From assembly GCA_963750165.1 (NCBI GenBank), contig CAVVPN010000011.1, positions 448,001 through 512,000 of the forward strand: DNA of 64,000 nt. Reading direction: 5' to 3'. Source of the DNA: an uncultured Gemmataceae bacterium. Its GTDB lineage: Bacteria; Planctomycetota; Planctomycetia; Gemmatales; Gemmataceae. The notes under the pieces are model-generated. The model was not told where the DNA came from and did not search any database. It saw only the letters and a list, made by a program, of their open reading frames with translations. Positions 19,754 through 31,631 of the stretch are shown in pieces (position 1 is the stretch's first letter; each line of letters opens with the position of its first letter). The position numbers and the translations under genes are program-made.

Positions 19754-20060
19754 ATGAGCACGGCACCCAACTCCTACAAGTATCTGGTGCCGAAACCGGG
19801 TTCATCCTACAAGCAACTGTTTGTGAAGGACCGCTGGATTTCGGCACGGACGCTCGCGAAGACGAACCGATGACCCCGGAGGAGATCGCAACTGACTACG
19901 ACTTGCCGCTGCAAGCCGTTCTGGAGTCCATCGCCTACTGCGAGTCGAACTCTCCGGAATTGCTGGCGGATTTCGACATGGAAGAAGCGGCGCTGGAAGC
20001 CCGGGGCATGAACGACCCGAATTACAAGTACAATGCCAGGCCCCGGTTGCTGGCCGCCCA
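19754..20060 (+). pseudogene. DUF433-like antitoxin remnant
   Basis: MSTAPNSYKYL...ISARTL then frameshift to MTPEEIATDYDLPLQAVLESIAY; runs into a hairpin without its own stop. Confidence 0.5.
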
Positions 20061-20086
20061 CCCGCAAAACCCTGAACCGAAGCGCC

Positions 20087-20149
20087 CTGACCGATTTATC
20101 GGTTCGCGCTCATGCCTGGAGCACGAACGCGAACCGATAAATCGGTCAG
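20087..20149. repeat. REP-like hairpin CTGACCGATTTATCGGTTCGCG
   Basis: 22-bp perfect inverted arms. Confidence 0.85.
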
Positions 20150-20163
20150 CAGCAATCGGACCG

Positions 20164-23100
20164 TCAGCGGCGCCCCGCGATCCCGTCAAGGAAGTAGCGC
20201 AGCGGCTCCTGTCCCAGCAGCGGCAGCGGCTGCACCTGAATGGTCGGCTGTCGCACGGTGCCGGTCACGTGCATGTGCAGCAGGCGCACCGCGAACAGCT
20301 GCCGTAGCACCGCCAGCGGCCGCGGCCCCAGTTCGCCCATGACCGGTACGCCCAGCTGCCGCAGCAGCCCGACCGTCAGGCCCGCCCGGCCCGTATTCGC
20401 CGTCACGTCCAGCCCGAGCCGGCCCTGCGTCGTCACCGTGCCGGTCGCGTACAGCTGCACCAGGCTTGAGTCCAGCGACAACCGCTCGATGCGGACCACC
20501 TCACCGGCCAGCCGCGCCCGCACTGTCCCCCTGCGGAACGTCTCTGATGGCGCCACGCCCACCAGCGCCAGCACCTGCTTGAACACCGGCAGGTCCAGCG
20601 ACTTCGTCTGCTCCAGGGTCGCGTCCAGCTGGCCGGTCAGGTTGCTGGCGCTGCGCAGATCCTCCGAGACGAATTCGACCTTGCCGCTCACCTTGCCACC
20701 GCCCAGCGGGGCGCCGTCCACGTGGCCGCCCAGCACCGGCCCCAGATCGACGTTGGTGAACTGCATCTTGCCTTGCAGCTGCACCGCCCCGTCCACCGTC
20801 AGGGTCGCCGAGCCGGTGGCGCGGCCGCCGCCCAGGTAGACGCTGGTCTCGGAGGTCTTGACCCGGACCCGGCCCGTCTCCGGCGCGAACGCCCAGGTCA
20901 CCGGCAGCCGCCATTCGCTGACCTCGGCGCCCAGTACCTTGCCGCCCTGCAGCCGCGCCTCCGCCGTGCCCTGCCAGGTGCGACCCAGCTTGCCGTCGAT
21001 CTGCAACCCCAGCGGGCCCTGCAGCCGACCCGCGGCGGACGGCCACGGGCTCAATAGTTTCGCCGCCTCCACGTGGTTCAGCGTCAGCTGGAACCAGCGC
21101 CGCTCCGGCTGCTGGTAGTGCCAGCCCAGCTTGGCGCAGCGTCCCGTCCGCCAGCTCGCCGCTCACCTCGCGCACCAGCAACTCTTCCTTCAACAACTGC
21201 AAATCGCCGCGGACCTCGCCGCGCAGGTCGCCGTCGCCGATACCCAGCCGCGTCACCGCGAATCGGCCCACGCCCAGCGGACCGCCGCCGTTGTGCTCGA
21301 ACGGCAGGTCTACTTCCAGCCGGCCGTGCAGGATCGGCTCGCCCAGCTGGTTGCGGAACGCGCCGCTGAGCCGGGACAGCGACATCTTTTCCACGCGCAG
21401 CCGCCCCGAGCCGGTGACCTTCGCGCCGGTCTCCAGCTGGCCGTCGAGGTGCAGCAGACCGCCGGCGGCCCGGCCGTCGAGGTGGTACGTCACGAGCGGC
21501 TGCCGCCAGTCGAGCGTCCCTTGCAACTGCTCCACCGCCACGCCCTCCACGCGCAGCGTCGCCTTCGGCAGCTCCACCGTCAGCTTGCCGGCACGCCGGC
21601 CGTCCTCCTCCGGGGCCAGCGTCGCGGTCACGACACCGCTGAGCCGGCCAGCCAGCGCGACGGGCGGCTGCTCCCACAGGGATCGCCCCAGAGCCGCCGC
21701 GTCCACGTCCTGCACCTGGAGATCAACCCGCCCCGCCACCGCGCCGCGCAGCGGCAGTAACGCGGAGCCCGTCACTCGGCCCTGCGCCAGCGTACCGTCC
21801 AGGTCGTCCACGGAGAGCCGGTCGCCGTCGCTGCGCCAGCGCAGCGCCACCCGCGGCGCCCGCAGTTTCACGTACTCCAGGTCGATGGCGGCCGCGCGGC
21901 CGTTGGTCTGCAGCAGCCACGGCCGCAGGGAACCCTTCACGTCCGCAAACACGCTGAGCCGGCCGCCGACGAGCTGCGGTGGTCGCCACGCCGCCGGCAG
22001 GCGCCGCAGAAGCGCCAGGTTCGCCGCACGCACCTCCAGCTTGCCCTGCAACGGATAGGGCTCGGTCAACTCGACCCGACCCGACGCCACCACGTCCGCG
22101 TCTTCGATGCTAGCGCGAGCTTCGGTAAGCGTTAGCCGGCCGCCGCGCAGCTCCGCCCGCGCTGCCCCTTGACGCACGGTCAACTCGCCAAACTCCGCCC
22201 GCGGCACGGACAGCGCCGCGTCGCCGTGCCAGGCGTCGATCTTGTCCCAGCGCTTGACGGGGACGCGCGCGCCCAGCGTGCCGTTGACAGCCCCGCGCAG
22301 CGGCTCCGGCGTCTTCAGATACTCGCCCAGCGCCGCCAGGTTCAACCGCCGCAACGTCAGGTCCAGCCGCAGATCGCCCGCCGGCGCCAGCGCCACCTCG
22401 GCGGCGCCCGTCAGGCTCACGTCCGCACCCTCGGTGCTGATGCCAGCGACCCGCAGGTTGCCGTCCCGGTACGCCACCTCCGCCCGCAGCCGGTCGAGGG
22501 ATACCGTCTCCAGCCGCGCCTGCGCGATCTCCACGGTGCCGCCGCCGCGGTAAGTCGCGGGGTCGCCGATTGTGTCCAGCGGCAGCACCAGTTGTCCCTG
22601 CGCCGCCAGCCGACCGGACAGCGCCACCTTCGGCCGCTCCGCCAGCTGCGCCGCCAGTTCCGCGAGGCTCAGGCCCTGCACGCGGCCCTCGACCAGCAGC
22701 GTGGGCGGCTCCTTGCCGTCGGCGGAGCGATCGCGCAGCGTCAGCCGCACCGGCTCCGGAATCGATACCCCGGCCACGCGCAGGTCGCGCAACTGGCCCG
22801 TGCCGGTGCCGCGGCCGCGCACCTTGCCGTCCGCGTTGTCCAGGTGCGCCGCCACCTCGGCGGCCAACCTCCCCGTCAGGTCGCGCGGCAGGCCCCAGCT
22901 GCGGGGCAGCCGTTCCAGCGCCACGCCGTCGGCCTGCAGGCGGGCGATGTCCAGGTGCGTCACTGCGCCGCCGAAGTCCAGCGCCGCCTCGGTTGCCACA
23001 CGGCCGCCGCCGACCAGGCCGGTTACGTCGTGCAGCCGGACCACCGTGTCGTCGATGACCAGCCGGCCGCTGATGTCGTCAATGTCAAGGTCGATGGCGC

Positions 23101-23892
23101 GGACGTGGACGTGCGTGTGCCGCGGCTCCAGCTCGATGCGGTAGTGCAGTGGCGGCCGCGCCGGGTCGAAGGTCAGCGTGATTGTGCCCGGCGTGTCGCC
23201 GTTGACCTGCACCTCACGCCAGACGCTCTCCGGCACGAACGGCAGGTCGCGCAGCATCTGTTGCGTGACCGGAACGCGGCCGGCGCTGGTCAGCCGGGCC
23301 TCCACGCGGCCGTGGTCGGCGCTGCCGCTGACCGTCCACTCCCCCCAGCGCGGGCGCGGAAGTCACCGGTCAGCCGATATTGCTCGTCGCCGACACGCTC
23401 CAGGGTGGCGTTGACGTGTGGCACCACCAGCTCGGAGCCGTCCGTGCGCCGGAAGCGGAGTTGACTGTCGTGCAGGTCCACCCGGGGCAGTGCGAAGCCT
23501 CCCACGCTGCCGGAGCCGGGCGTCGGCCAGCGCGTCAGCAACTGGCCCTCCTTGTCGAAGCGCAGCGTCATGTCCGCCCGGTCCAGGCGCAGTTCGCTTG
23601 GCCGCACCTGGCCGCGCAGAGCGTCCGCGAGGTTGACATCCGTCCGGAGTTGATCGACCTGCAGCCACGGCCGGCCATGCGGGTCATCCGGCTCGAACAG
23701 TTCGAGGCCGAAGAGGGTGGTGCCGTGCAGCCCCATCTGGGCGCCCTTCAGACGCACCGGCCCGTTATAGGCCTTGCTCAGCTCCGCCACGACCTGCTCG
23801 GTCACGTGGCGGCCGAGCCACTGCTGCAACAGACCGAACGCCACCACCAGGGCCGCGACGAGCAACAACGTCAGGTTCACGAAGCGTCGCAT
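20164..23892 (-). CDS. AsmA/TamB-like large envelope protein, split by frameshifts near 23320 and 21135
   Basis: N-terminal TM anchor, long Gly/Leu beta-strand repeats, C-terminal VTGTVRQP; three consecutive ORFs. Confidence 0.75.
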
Positions 23893-24100
23893 GATACGAC
23901 CAGAGTGCAGGTTCTGTACCGGCGGCGGGACTGTCTCGCCTCACAAGGGAATCGCCCCACCCGCTCACGGCTTGTGAAGAAATCCGCCCCGGCGCCCCAG
24001 GAAATTATACAGGCGATGACGACGGTATGAATTTTGCCGATAATAACGAGCGCTGGAGTGAATGACGACGTGACCGCTATCCCTTTGCCAAGGAGATGCC

Positions 24101-24544
24101 ATGCGACGCGCGAACTGGTGGTGCCTGGTTGGTCTGACGGCCGTGGTGTTGTGTCTGCAGAGCCCGGCGGCCCCCGCTGGCGATAAAAAACAGGATGCGC
24201 ATGCGGCCCATCTCGATGCGTGTGCCAGGGCGTGCAGCGACTGCCAGCGCGAGTGCAGTCACTGCGCCACCCACTGCGCTGTGCTGACGGCCGCGGGCAA
24301 GAAGGAGCATCTGGTGACGCTCGGCACCTGCGCGGACTGCGCAAGTTTTTGCGCAACCGCGTCTCAGATCATTTCCCGCCGTGGTCCGATGTCGGTGCTG
24401 ATCTGTGAGTCCTGCGCGAAGGCGTGTGCCGTCTGCGCAGCGGCGTGCGAGAAGTATCCCAGTGACCAGCACATGAAGCGCTGTGCTCAGGAGTGCCGGC
24501 GCTGCGAGAAGTCGTGCCAGGAGATGGTCCAGCACCTCAAATAG
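24101..24544 (+). CDS. Cys-rich four-helix-bundle copper storage protein (Csp/DUF326-like) with signal peptide
   Basis: Repeated CxxxC/CxxC helices; MRR plus hydrophobic leader. Confidence 0.85.
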   Translation: MRRANWWCLVGLTAVVLCLQSPAAPAGDKKQDAHAAHLDACARACSDCQRECSHCATHCAVLTAAGKKEHLVTLGTCADCASFCATASQIISRRGPMSVLICESCAKACAVCAAACEKYPSDQHMKRCAQECRRCEKSCQEMVQHLK

Positions 24545-24573
24545 AGCGGTTCGCAAGCGCGTGGACTACAAAC

Positions 24574-24633
24574 CGTGGCACGGCTCTCCAGAGCCGTGGT
24601 GGAAACCGCACGGCTCTGGAGAGCCGTGCCACG
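24574..24633. repeat. REP pair GTGGCACGGCTCTCCAGAGCCGTG
   Basis: Inverted pair; same family as 43535-43594. Confidence 0.9.
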
Positions 24634-24789
24634 TCGTGTGCGCCTGCCATTCGCGAACCGCTCGGGCTCGGACAGCGCTCGGGCTCGGATAGACAGCAGG
24701 GACGCCACGGTCCCCAATGGCGGCGCAGCTGCCGGCGCGGTACAACTACACCAGCCGCCCTGGTTGCCACCCGCCTGGAGTGTCCGCGC

Positions 24790-27231
24790 ATGCGTCCGCT
24801 GTACATCCTCGCGCCCCTCGTGCTGGTTGGCGTCTCCCTGGCCGCCGCCCCGGAACCGCCCACGCTGGACCTGGCCGGCAAGCCCTACGGCCTGGCGAAA
24901 CGTCTGCCGCTGACGACCTCGAAGGTGCTCGGTTTGCCCGAACCACCGCCGCCGTTCCGCGTCCGCCGCACCTTCGCCAAGATCAAGCTCGCCTGTCCCA
25001 TCGGCGTGACCCGCGAACCCGGCAGCGACCGCCTCATCCTCATCCACCAGCATTGGCCCTGGGGCGGCAGCGGCCGTCTGATCGGCATCCAGGACGACCC
25101 GAACACGGACAGGATGCACGTGCTGCTCGAATCCGAGGACATCCTCTACGGCGTCGCCTTCCACCCGAAGTTCGCGGAAAACGGTTACCTCTACGTCGGC
25201 AGCAACGGCCCGGCGAAGGCGGCGCCGCGGCAGACGCGCGTAACGCGCTACACGATGGCTCGCAAGGCCCCATTCCAACTCGACCCGAAGTCGGCAAAGG
25301 TCATCATCGCCTGGAACTCCGACGGCCACAACGGCGGCGACGTGGCCTTCGGCAAAGACGGCATGCTCTACGTGACCTCCGGCGACGGCACCTCCGATTC
25401 GGACACCAACGTCGTCGGCCAGGATATGACCAGGTTGCTGGCCAAGGTGCTGCGCCTCGACGTGGACGGCGCACCACCGGGCAAGGGCTACGCGGTGCCG
25501 AAGGACAACCCCTTCGTCGGCCTCAAGGGAGCGCGGCCGGAAATCTGGGCGTATGGCCTGCGCAACCCGTGGCGGATCACCTGCGATCCGAAAACCGGCG
25601 ACCTCTGGGTCGGCAACAACGGCCAGGACCTGTGGGAGCAAGCGTATCTGCTGGAGCGCGGCGCCAACTATGGCTGGAGCGTAATGGAGGGCGGCCATCC
25701 GTTTTACCTGAACCGCAAACCGGGGCCGACGCCGTTCGTCAAGCCGTTTGTCGAGCACCACCACACAGAGGCGCGGTCGCTGACCGGTGGCGTCGTCTAC
25801 CACGGTGATCGCTTCCCGGAGATGCGCGGGGCGTACATCTATGGCGACTGGTCCACGGGCAAAATCTGGGGCGTCAAGCACCAGGGCCGCAAGAAAACCT
25901 GGCACCGGGAGCTGGCCACGACGACGCTGCAAATCACTGGTTTCGGCATTGACGCGCGCGGCGAATTGCTGATCGCGGACCACGGCGGCGGCTTTTACCA
26001 GCTGGAACCGACGCCGCCGGAGTTGCAAAAAACGTCGTTCCCCAAAACGCTGAGCGAAACCGGCCTGTTCGCGTCCGTGAAGGACCATCGAGTGCAGCCG
26101 GCGCTGATTCCCTACGACGTGGTAGCGCCGCTGTGGGCGGACGACACGTACAAGGAGCGGTTCATCGCCATTCCGGACTACGGCCAAATCGAGTTCTCGA
26201 CGCAGGGCGGCTGGACCTTCCCGGAGGGGACGGTGCTGGTCAAGACGTTCCTGCTGGACCTGGAGGAGAAGAACCCGGCGTCCCGGCGACGGCTGGAAAC
26301 GCGACTGCTCACGAAACAATGGGGCCAGTGGGCTGGCTACACCTACCGCTGGAACGACGCTCAGACCGAGGCGTACCTGGTGGAGGCCGGCGGCCGCGAT
26401 GAGACGTTCACCGTCCGCAACGCGGCTGGCGGCACGCGCAAGCAGACGTGGCATTACCCCGGCCGTACCGAGTGCATGGTCTGCCACAGCCGGGCCGCGC
26501 GGTTCGTGCTCGGCGTGAGCATGGTGCAGATGAACAAGCTGCACGCTTACGGCAAGGTGATGGACCAGCAGTTGCGAACGCTGGAGCACCTGGGCCTGTT
26601 CCACGTCAACGTGGCGGAGCACGTGCAGGAGCGCAAGGAGCGGCGCGACCCGGCGCTGAGCGATTACCACCGCCTGCTGGAGGCGCCGCTGCTGGCGCGG
26701 ACGGACCTGCTGCGGACGGAGCTGCCACCAGCGTGGACCGTCCTCGGTGTGCGCGATCCGTGGCGGCCGGACCCTAACGTGCCAAAGCAGGCGAAGCAGA
26801 AGCCCGCCGAGTGGTTGGAGCGGCAGTTGCGTGAGCGGCCGCGCTTCACCTCGTATTTGCCGAAGCAGCCGCACCAGTATCCGAAGCTGGTCGATCCGTA
26901 TGACCCGCGCGAAAAGCTGGAGGAGCGGGCGCGGTCGTACCTGCACGCCAACTGTGCCCACTGCCATCAGCTGGCCGGCGGCGGCAACGCCATGATCGAC
27001 CTGGAATTCTTCACGCCGCCGGAGCGCCGCAAGCTCATCAACGCGCCGCCGCAGCACGACCGGTTCGGCGTCCCGGACGCCAAAATAATTGTGCCGGGGC
27101 ATCCGGAGAAGTCGGTGCTGTACCTGCGCATGGCCCGCCGCGGCCCGGGGCAGATGCCGCCGCTGGCGACGCATCATGTGGACCGGCCGGCGCTGGCGCT
27201 GCTGCATGAGTGGATCGTGAAGATGAAGTGA
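24790..27231 (+). CDS. PQQ-dependent glucose/sorbosone dehydrogenase-like protein with two haem c motifs
   Basis: HNGG, GLRNPWR, NYGW; CMVCH and CAHCH. Confidence 0.88.
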   Translation: MRPLYILAPLVLVGVSLAAAPEPPTLDLAGKPYGLAKRLPLTTSKVLGLPEPPPPFRVRRTFAKIKLACPIGVTREPGSDRLILIHQHWPWGGSGRLIGIQDDPNTDRMHVLLESEDILYGVAFHPKFAENGYLYVGSNGPAKAAPRQTRVTRYTMARKAPFQLDPKSAKVIIAWNSDGHNGGDVAFGKDGMLYVTSGDGTSDSDTNVVGQDMTRLLAKVLRLDVDGAPPGKGYAVPKDNPFVGLKGARPEIWAYGLRNPWRITCDPKTGDLWVGNNGQDLWEQAYLLERGANYGWSVMEGGHPFYLNRKPGPTPFVKPFVEHHHTEARSLTGGVVYHGDRFPEMRGAYIYGDWSTGKIWGVKHQGRKKTWHRELATTTLQITGFGIDARGELLIADHGGGFYQLEPTPPELQKTSFPKTLSETGLFASVKDHRVQPALIPYDVVAPLWADDTYKERFIAIPDYGQIEFSTQGGWTFPEGTVLVKTFLLDLEEKNPASRRRLETRLLTKQWGQWAGYTYRWNDAQTEAYLVEAGGRDETFTVRNAAGGTRKQTWHYPGRTECMVCHSRAARFVLGVSMVQMNKLHAYGKVMDQQLRTLEHLGLFHVNVAEHVQERKERRDPALSDYHRLLEAPLLARTDLLRTELPPAWTVLGVRDPWRPDPNVPKQAKQKPAEWLERQLRERPRFTSYLPKQPHQYPKLVDPYDPREKLEERARSYLHANCAHCHQLAGGGNAMIDLEFFTPPERRKLINAPPQHDRFGVPDAKIIVPGHPEKSVLYLRMARRGPGQMPPLATHHVDRPALALLHEWIVKMK

Positions 27232-27292
27232 TTCCGAAGCTACCCTACCTTGCCCTTGTCCGTGAGCTAAAGTGTCCATTAGGATGCCGCGA

Positions 27293-27365
27293 GGGCCTGT
27301 AGCTCAATGGTCAGAGCAGGGGACTCATAATCCCTTGGTTCCTGGTTCGAGTCCAGGCGGGCCCA
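27293..27365 (+). tRNA. tRNA with CAT anticodon, most likely tRNA-Ile2 (lysidine); CCA not encoded
   Basis: Cloverleaf GGGCCTG/CGGGCCC, CTCATAA loop, GGTTCGAGTCC; resembles ileX-type tRNAs. Confidence 0.9.
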
Positions 27366-27439
27366 ATCGACAACCCCGTTGCGGCTTTGCGCGAAGAGCG
27401 CGCAGTCCCAACGGGGTTGCGTTATTTCCGGTACCGGTC

Positions 27440-27847
27440 TCACGGTTTGCGGCCGCCCTTGGTTTGCTTCGGCAAATCCTTGGCCGCGGTCGCCGGCACG
27501 TCGAACCGCTGGATGGAGGGCTCCTTCGGCAGATCGACCGTCACCGTGTATTCCCGGAACAATGGGCTGCCCATCACGGCGGCGTTGGCGTCCTTGTTGC
27601 CGTCGTAGCCCTGGATGACGACGACCGTCGGGCCGCCGAACGCCGCTTTGCCGCCCTTGCGCGTATCGAATTTGCCGTCGTGGATCTCGGCGTAGCCCTG
27701 CGGCCCGTCGTTCCCTCTGGTCGTGTCCGGGGTGAAATAAATCCGGCCCGCGGGCAGAGGCTTGCCGTCAAAGGTCACCTCGCCCTCGACGTGCGGGGCC
27801 GCCGAGCCCCCGCACCCCAGCGCCATTCCACAGGCGACGAACGCCAC
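27440..27847 (-). CDS. DUF1559-associated lipoprotein (true start may be about 27869 across a frameshift)
   Basis: ALGCGG lipobox; VEGEVTFDGKPLPAGRIYF. Confidence 0.8.
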   Translation of the reverse strand: MAFVACGMALGCGGSAAPHVEGEVTFDGKPLPAGRIYFTPDTTRGNDGPQGYAEIHDGKFDTRKGGKAAFGGPTVVVIQGYDGNKDANAAVMGSPLFREYTVTVDLPKEPSIQRFDVPATAAKDLPKQTKGGRKP

Positions 27848-27878
27848 CCACCAGCCCGCGCATGGCCATCGCTCTCGG

Positions 27879-28790
27879 TTAGAAGTCGCCCACGGTTTCG
27901 CCGCCGTTGTAGCTGGCGATGCTCAGGTACGTCCCCATCGTGATGCTGCCATTGATGAAGCGCACCGAGCCGTCGGCCAGGACGAAGTTCGCCCCGTTGC
28001 CGGTGTGATTGCTGCCGAAGCTGGTGTTGTTGGCGTTGTCGGCACCGTCATACGGCGTCGAATTCATGGCGTTGGCGACGTTGCGGCAGCAGGTGGTGTC
28101 GCGGTCCTGGCCGTCGTCGTAGGTGCCGCGCGACCAGACGCGGTAATAGTTGGCGTTGTCCCAGGACATCTCGCCGACCATGAGCGTGTTGGATGTACCG
28201 TCGCGGATGTCAGTCAGGCGGATCCGGCTGCCCATGCCCAGCACGCCCTGCAAGGACTCATTGCCCTGGTTGGTGATGAGCATCTTGTAGGCGGCCCCGG
28301 TGGCCGGGTTGGTGCCGAGCGGCCCCGCCACGCCGTAGTAGTGCGTCGTGTAGGTCATCTGGCCGTTCGACCATTCCCCCGAGCCGTACTGCGTGTACAG
28401 CTGGTTCGCGTCGGGGCACTGGTACGCGGGGACCAGCACCAGGCCGAGGGCCAGGTTGGCTGCGTTGTCGTACGGCACGTTGAAGTTGAATTTGGCGTAC
28501 AGGGTGTCCAGTTCCATGTACGGCAGGATGGTGACGTGGAACGACAGGAGGTTGTTGGTCGATCCGGTCTGGACGCCGGTTGGCAACACCCGGAACAGGC
28601 TGTGGTAGTTGTGCAGCGCGACGCCGATCTGGTGCAGGTTGTTCTTGCACCGCGTCTGGTTGGCGGCCTCGCGCACCTTCTGGACGGCGGGCAGGAGCAG
28701 GCCGATCAGGATGGCGATGATCGCAATCACCACCAGCAACTCGATCAGCGTGAACGCAAGTCGTCTTCGCGGAAGTGGCGGGAGAGGCAT
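27879..28790 (-). CDS. DUF1559 prepilin-type N-terminal cleavage/methylation protein
   Basis: [36 protein letters not shown]...[10 protein letters not shown]. Confidence 0.95.
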   Translation of the reverse strand: MPLPPLPRRRLAFTLIELLVVIAIIAILIGLLLPAVQKVREAANQTRCKNNLHQIGVALHNYHSLFRVLPTGVQTGSTNNLLSFHVTILPYMELDTLYAKFNFNVPYDNAANLALGLVLVPAYQCPDANQLYTQYGSGEWSNGQMTYTTHYYGVAGPLGTNPATGAAYKMLITNQGNESLQGVLGMGSRIRLTDIRDGTSNTLMVGEMSWDNANYYRVWSRGTYDDGQDRDTTCCRNVANAMNSTPYDGADNANNTSFGSNHTGNGANFVLADGSVRFINGSITMGTYLSIASYNGGETVGDF

Positions 28791-28996
28791 GGCAGCAAGC
28801 TCCGTCGAGAACATGAGTGTAAAGAATGTTCTTACAAAGACCGGTGTTTGTAGCATCCCTGAACTGAGGGGGTGCGTCAAGCGAAAAACGACAGGGCCGT
28901 TGGAATCGATTCGGGGCAAACTGCCCTCCCGCAAAACCGCGGTTGCTTTATAATGCCCGGCCGGTGGCACGGAAGCCGTCCCGAGAGGATCGCGGC

Positions 28997-30705
28997 ATGA
29001 GCGGGCTCCTGCAACAGCGTGTCGGTGCGTATCTGGTGCTGCTCGGCAGTGGCGCGGTGCTATTCCTGGTGAACCTCGGCGGCCCCAGTCTGTGGGACGT
29101 GGACGAGGGCCGCAACGCCACCGCGGCGCTGGAAATGCTCGAGTCCGGCAACTGGGTCGTGCCCACCTTCAACGGCGAATTCCGCTGCCACAAACCCATC
29201 CTGCTCTACTGGCTACAGGCGGCAGCCTACGGCACCTTCGGCGTCAACGAGTTCGCCGCCCGGCTGCCGTCGGCGCTGGCGGCGCTGCTGACGTTGCTGC
29301 TCGTGTACGAACTCGGCCGCCGCCTGTTCGACCACGCCACCGGCCTGCTGGGCGGCCTGGTGCTGGCCAGCTGTCCGCAGTTCCTGGTCGCCGGCCATTT
29401 CGCCAACCCGGACGCCCTGTTGACGTGCGCTGTCGTGCTGACGCTGTACTGTTCCGCCGCTTGCGGCTTAGCGCTCCCCGCCAAACCACAAACGGCAGCA
29501 CAGCAGGGGTGCGGTTGGTTCATCCTGCTTGGCGTCGCGGTGGGGTTGGCGGTGCTCGCCAAGGGGCCGGTCGGCCTCGTGGTGCCGGCGCTGGCGCTGA
29601 TCCTGTGGCTGGCCTGGTCCGGCCGGTTGCGCTGGCCGGGGCGGCGCCTCGGCTGGGCGGCGCTGGCGTTCGCCGTGGTGGCGCTGCCGTGGTACATCTG
29701 GGTGGGTGTCGATACTCGCGGCCAGTTCTGGCGCGAATTCCTGGGCACACACAACGTCCAGCGTGCCCTGGAGCCGATGGAGAGCCATGCGGGTTCGCCG
29801 CTGTACTACCCGCTCGTACTGCTGGTCGGCCTGGCTCCGTGGTCGGTCTTCATTGGTCTGACGTGCTGGTACACCGGCTGGTCCGCCGTGCGCCGGCCCT
29901 GGCAGCGCTGGCAACCGCACTGGGATGCGGCCCACGACGCCGAGCGGCCCGCGGACGGCTACCGTCTGCTGGTGTGCTGGGTCATGGCGTTCGTGGTCGT
30001 GTTCACCGCCGCCGCGACCAAGCTGCCCAACTACGTGCTGCCGACGACGCCACCGCTGACCCTGCTGACCGCCCGCTTCCTGATCCGCTGGTGGCGCGGC
30101 GTCGTCACGCCGCCCGTGTGGCTCGTGCGCACCGCTTTGGCCCTGTTGCTGCTGATCGGCGTTGCGGCGGCCTTCGGTCTGGTCGCTGTGGCCGGGGCGC
30201 TGCCGGTGCCGCTGGTCCGCAGTCACCGGACATTGCCGGGCCTGGAATGGTGGGCGGTCCTGGGCCTGGTGCCAGTGGCTGCGGCGCTGGCGGCGTGGGG
30301 CTTCGTGGAGCGACGACGTGGGCGGCTGGTCGGCGGCGTGACCGCGGCGGCGCTGCTGTTCACAGGGCCGTTCGTGGTTCTGGGCGCGAACGCCTTCGAC
30401 GCCCACAAGGCGCCGCGGCCGCTGGTGGCGGCGGCGGGCCTGAATCGCGGCGAGGAGTTGCGCGTCGGCGGTTACCAGGTCGATCATTTGCCGAGCCTCA
30501 ATTTCTATGTGCAGCGCCCCGTCAAGCATTGTTTCTGTGACGCGGACGCGCTGGCGTTCCTGGCGACGCGCGTGCGGGTGTTGCTGTTCGTGTCCGTCGA
30601 GGCCTGGGACGGCCTGCGGGCGCGGTGCCGGCCAACGTCCGCGTCCTGGGCCGGCACCGCGACTTCTACCGCGGCGCGGACGTGCTCGTCGTCACCAATC
30701 GCTGA
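28997..30705 (+). CDS. ArnT/PMT-family glycosyltransferase, frameshift near 30625
   Basis: [37 protein letters not shown]. Confidence 0.88.
29456..29496. repeat. REP-like hairpin in frame within the ArnT gene
   Basis: gccgcttgcggcttagcg / cgccaaaccacaaacggc encoding [14 protein letters not shown]. Confidence 0.75.
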
Positions 30706-30777
30706 CCCTGTCCAGGTCGCGGCCGGCTTGCTACAATCCACTTTTTGAAGCAGACAATGCACACCAGGGGGTGAACG

Positions 30778-31029
30778 ATGGGAGCACGCCGAATTCGCCG
30801 CGAACAGCGCGCCGCCGACATGAAGCAGTCGCGGCTGATCAACGGCTTTCTGAAGGTCAAGGAGCGCAAGCGCCGTCGCGAGCGCATCCTCGGCATCCTC
30901 AAGCAGGGCGGCCAGCTGCCCTACGCCCCGTTCGTCATGAGCTGGCTCAGCCAGGAACTCGACAAACCGAGCCGTCTCATCACCGCCGAGGATGTCAAGA
31001 AGGTGGTCGAGCCGGCCAGCGCCAAGTGA
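30778..31029 (+). CDS. Small basic hypothetical protein
   Basis: Clean ORF with strongly biased codon use; GTGA overlap with the next gene. Confidence 0.7.
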   Translation: MGARRIRREQRAADMKQSRLINGFLKVKERKRRRERILGILKQGGQLPYAPFVMSWLSQELDKPSRLITAEDVKKVVEPASAK

Positions 31030-31529
31030 CCGCGCCAGACGACGCCGACCCCGCCGACGTGGAGGTCTGGTGGGGCGGCTACTCGGGCGCGACCATGCTG
31101 CCAGGCTGGTTGGTGTGCTCGGCCCTGGCGGCGCTGCTGGCGTACCTGACCTGGGAAGCAACCCGGGCCACCGGCTACGGCCATCCCCTGGCGCTGGCGG
31201 TGGCCGCCGGCATTGGCCTGACGCAACTGCTCCGCTGGGGCGCCCGCTTCTTCGGCCGCAACTACCGCTTGACGAATCGACGGCTGATCCTGGAGCGCGG
31301 CGTCGTCCGGCTCACGGTGCTGTCAGTGGACCTGACCCAGCTGACCGCCGTGGAAATGCGGGCGGACTGGCTTGAGGGGCGGTTGGGAGTCGGTCGAGTG
31401 CTGGTGTTCGCCGCGGGCGGCCGGCTCGGGCCACTGGTCCTGGAGGGCGTGCGCTGCCCCGGACAGGTCGCCGAGCTGCTCCGCCGCACGATTCAGGCAG
31501 CCAAAACAACGAGCCCTGCGGGTTGCTGA
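31026..31529 (+). CDS. Membrane protein with bacterial PH domain
   Basis: Two TM segments, YRLTNRRLILERGV, RLGVGRV. Confidence 0.75.
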   Translation: MTAPDDADPADVEVWWGGYSGATMLPGWLVCSALAALLAYLTWEATRATGYGHPLALAVAAGIGLTQLLRWGARFFGRNYRLTNRRLILERGVVRLTVLSVDLTQLTAVEMRADWLEGRLGVGRVLVFAAGGRLGPLVLEGVRCPGQVAELLRRTIQAAKTTSPAGC

Positions 31530-31560
31530 CTCACCCGCGGGGCTCTCTGGTTTTCGGTCG

Positions 31561-31620
31561 GTTCGAGCCCGAGCGCCAGCGCGGGGTCTACGTTGCCCCG
31601 CGCGGCGCTCGGGCTCGGAC
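31561..31620. repeat. REP hairpin AGCCCGAGCGCCAGCG family
   Basis: Related copies at 24658-24689, 48399-48446 and 60201-60247. Confidence 0.8.
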
Positions 31621-31631
31621 CAGGAACAAGC

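Noticed and set aside
24487..27279. 930-aa antisense ORF and similar long shadow ORFs
   Set aside because: Expected in high-GC DNA opposite real genes; no recognisable motifs
27293..27440. tRNA-anchored integrative element
   Set aside because: No integrase and no duplicated tRNA 3' end seen
27272..27943. ORF overlapping the tRNA
   Set aside because: Shadow frame over the tRNA and the opposite-strand lipoprotein gene
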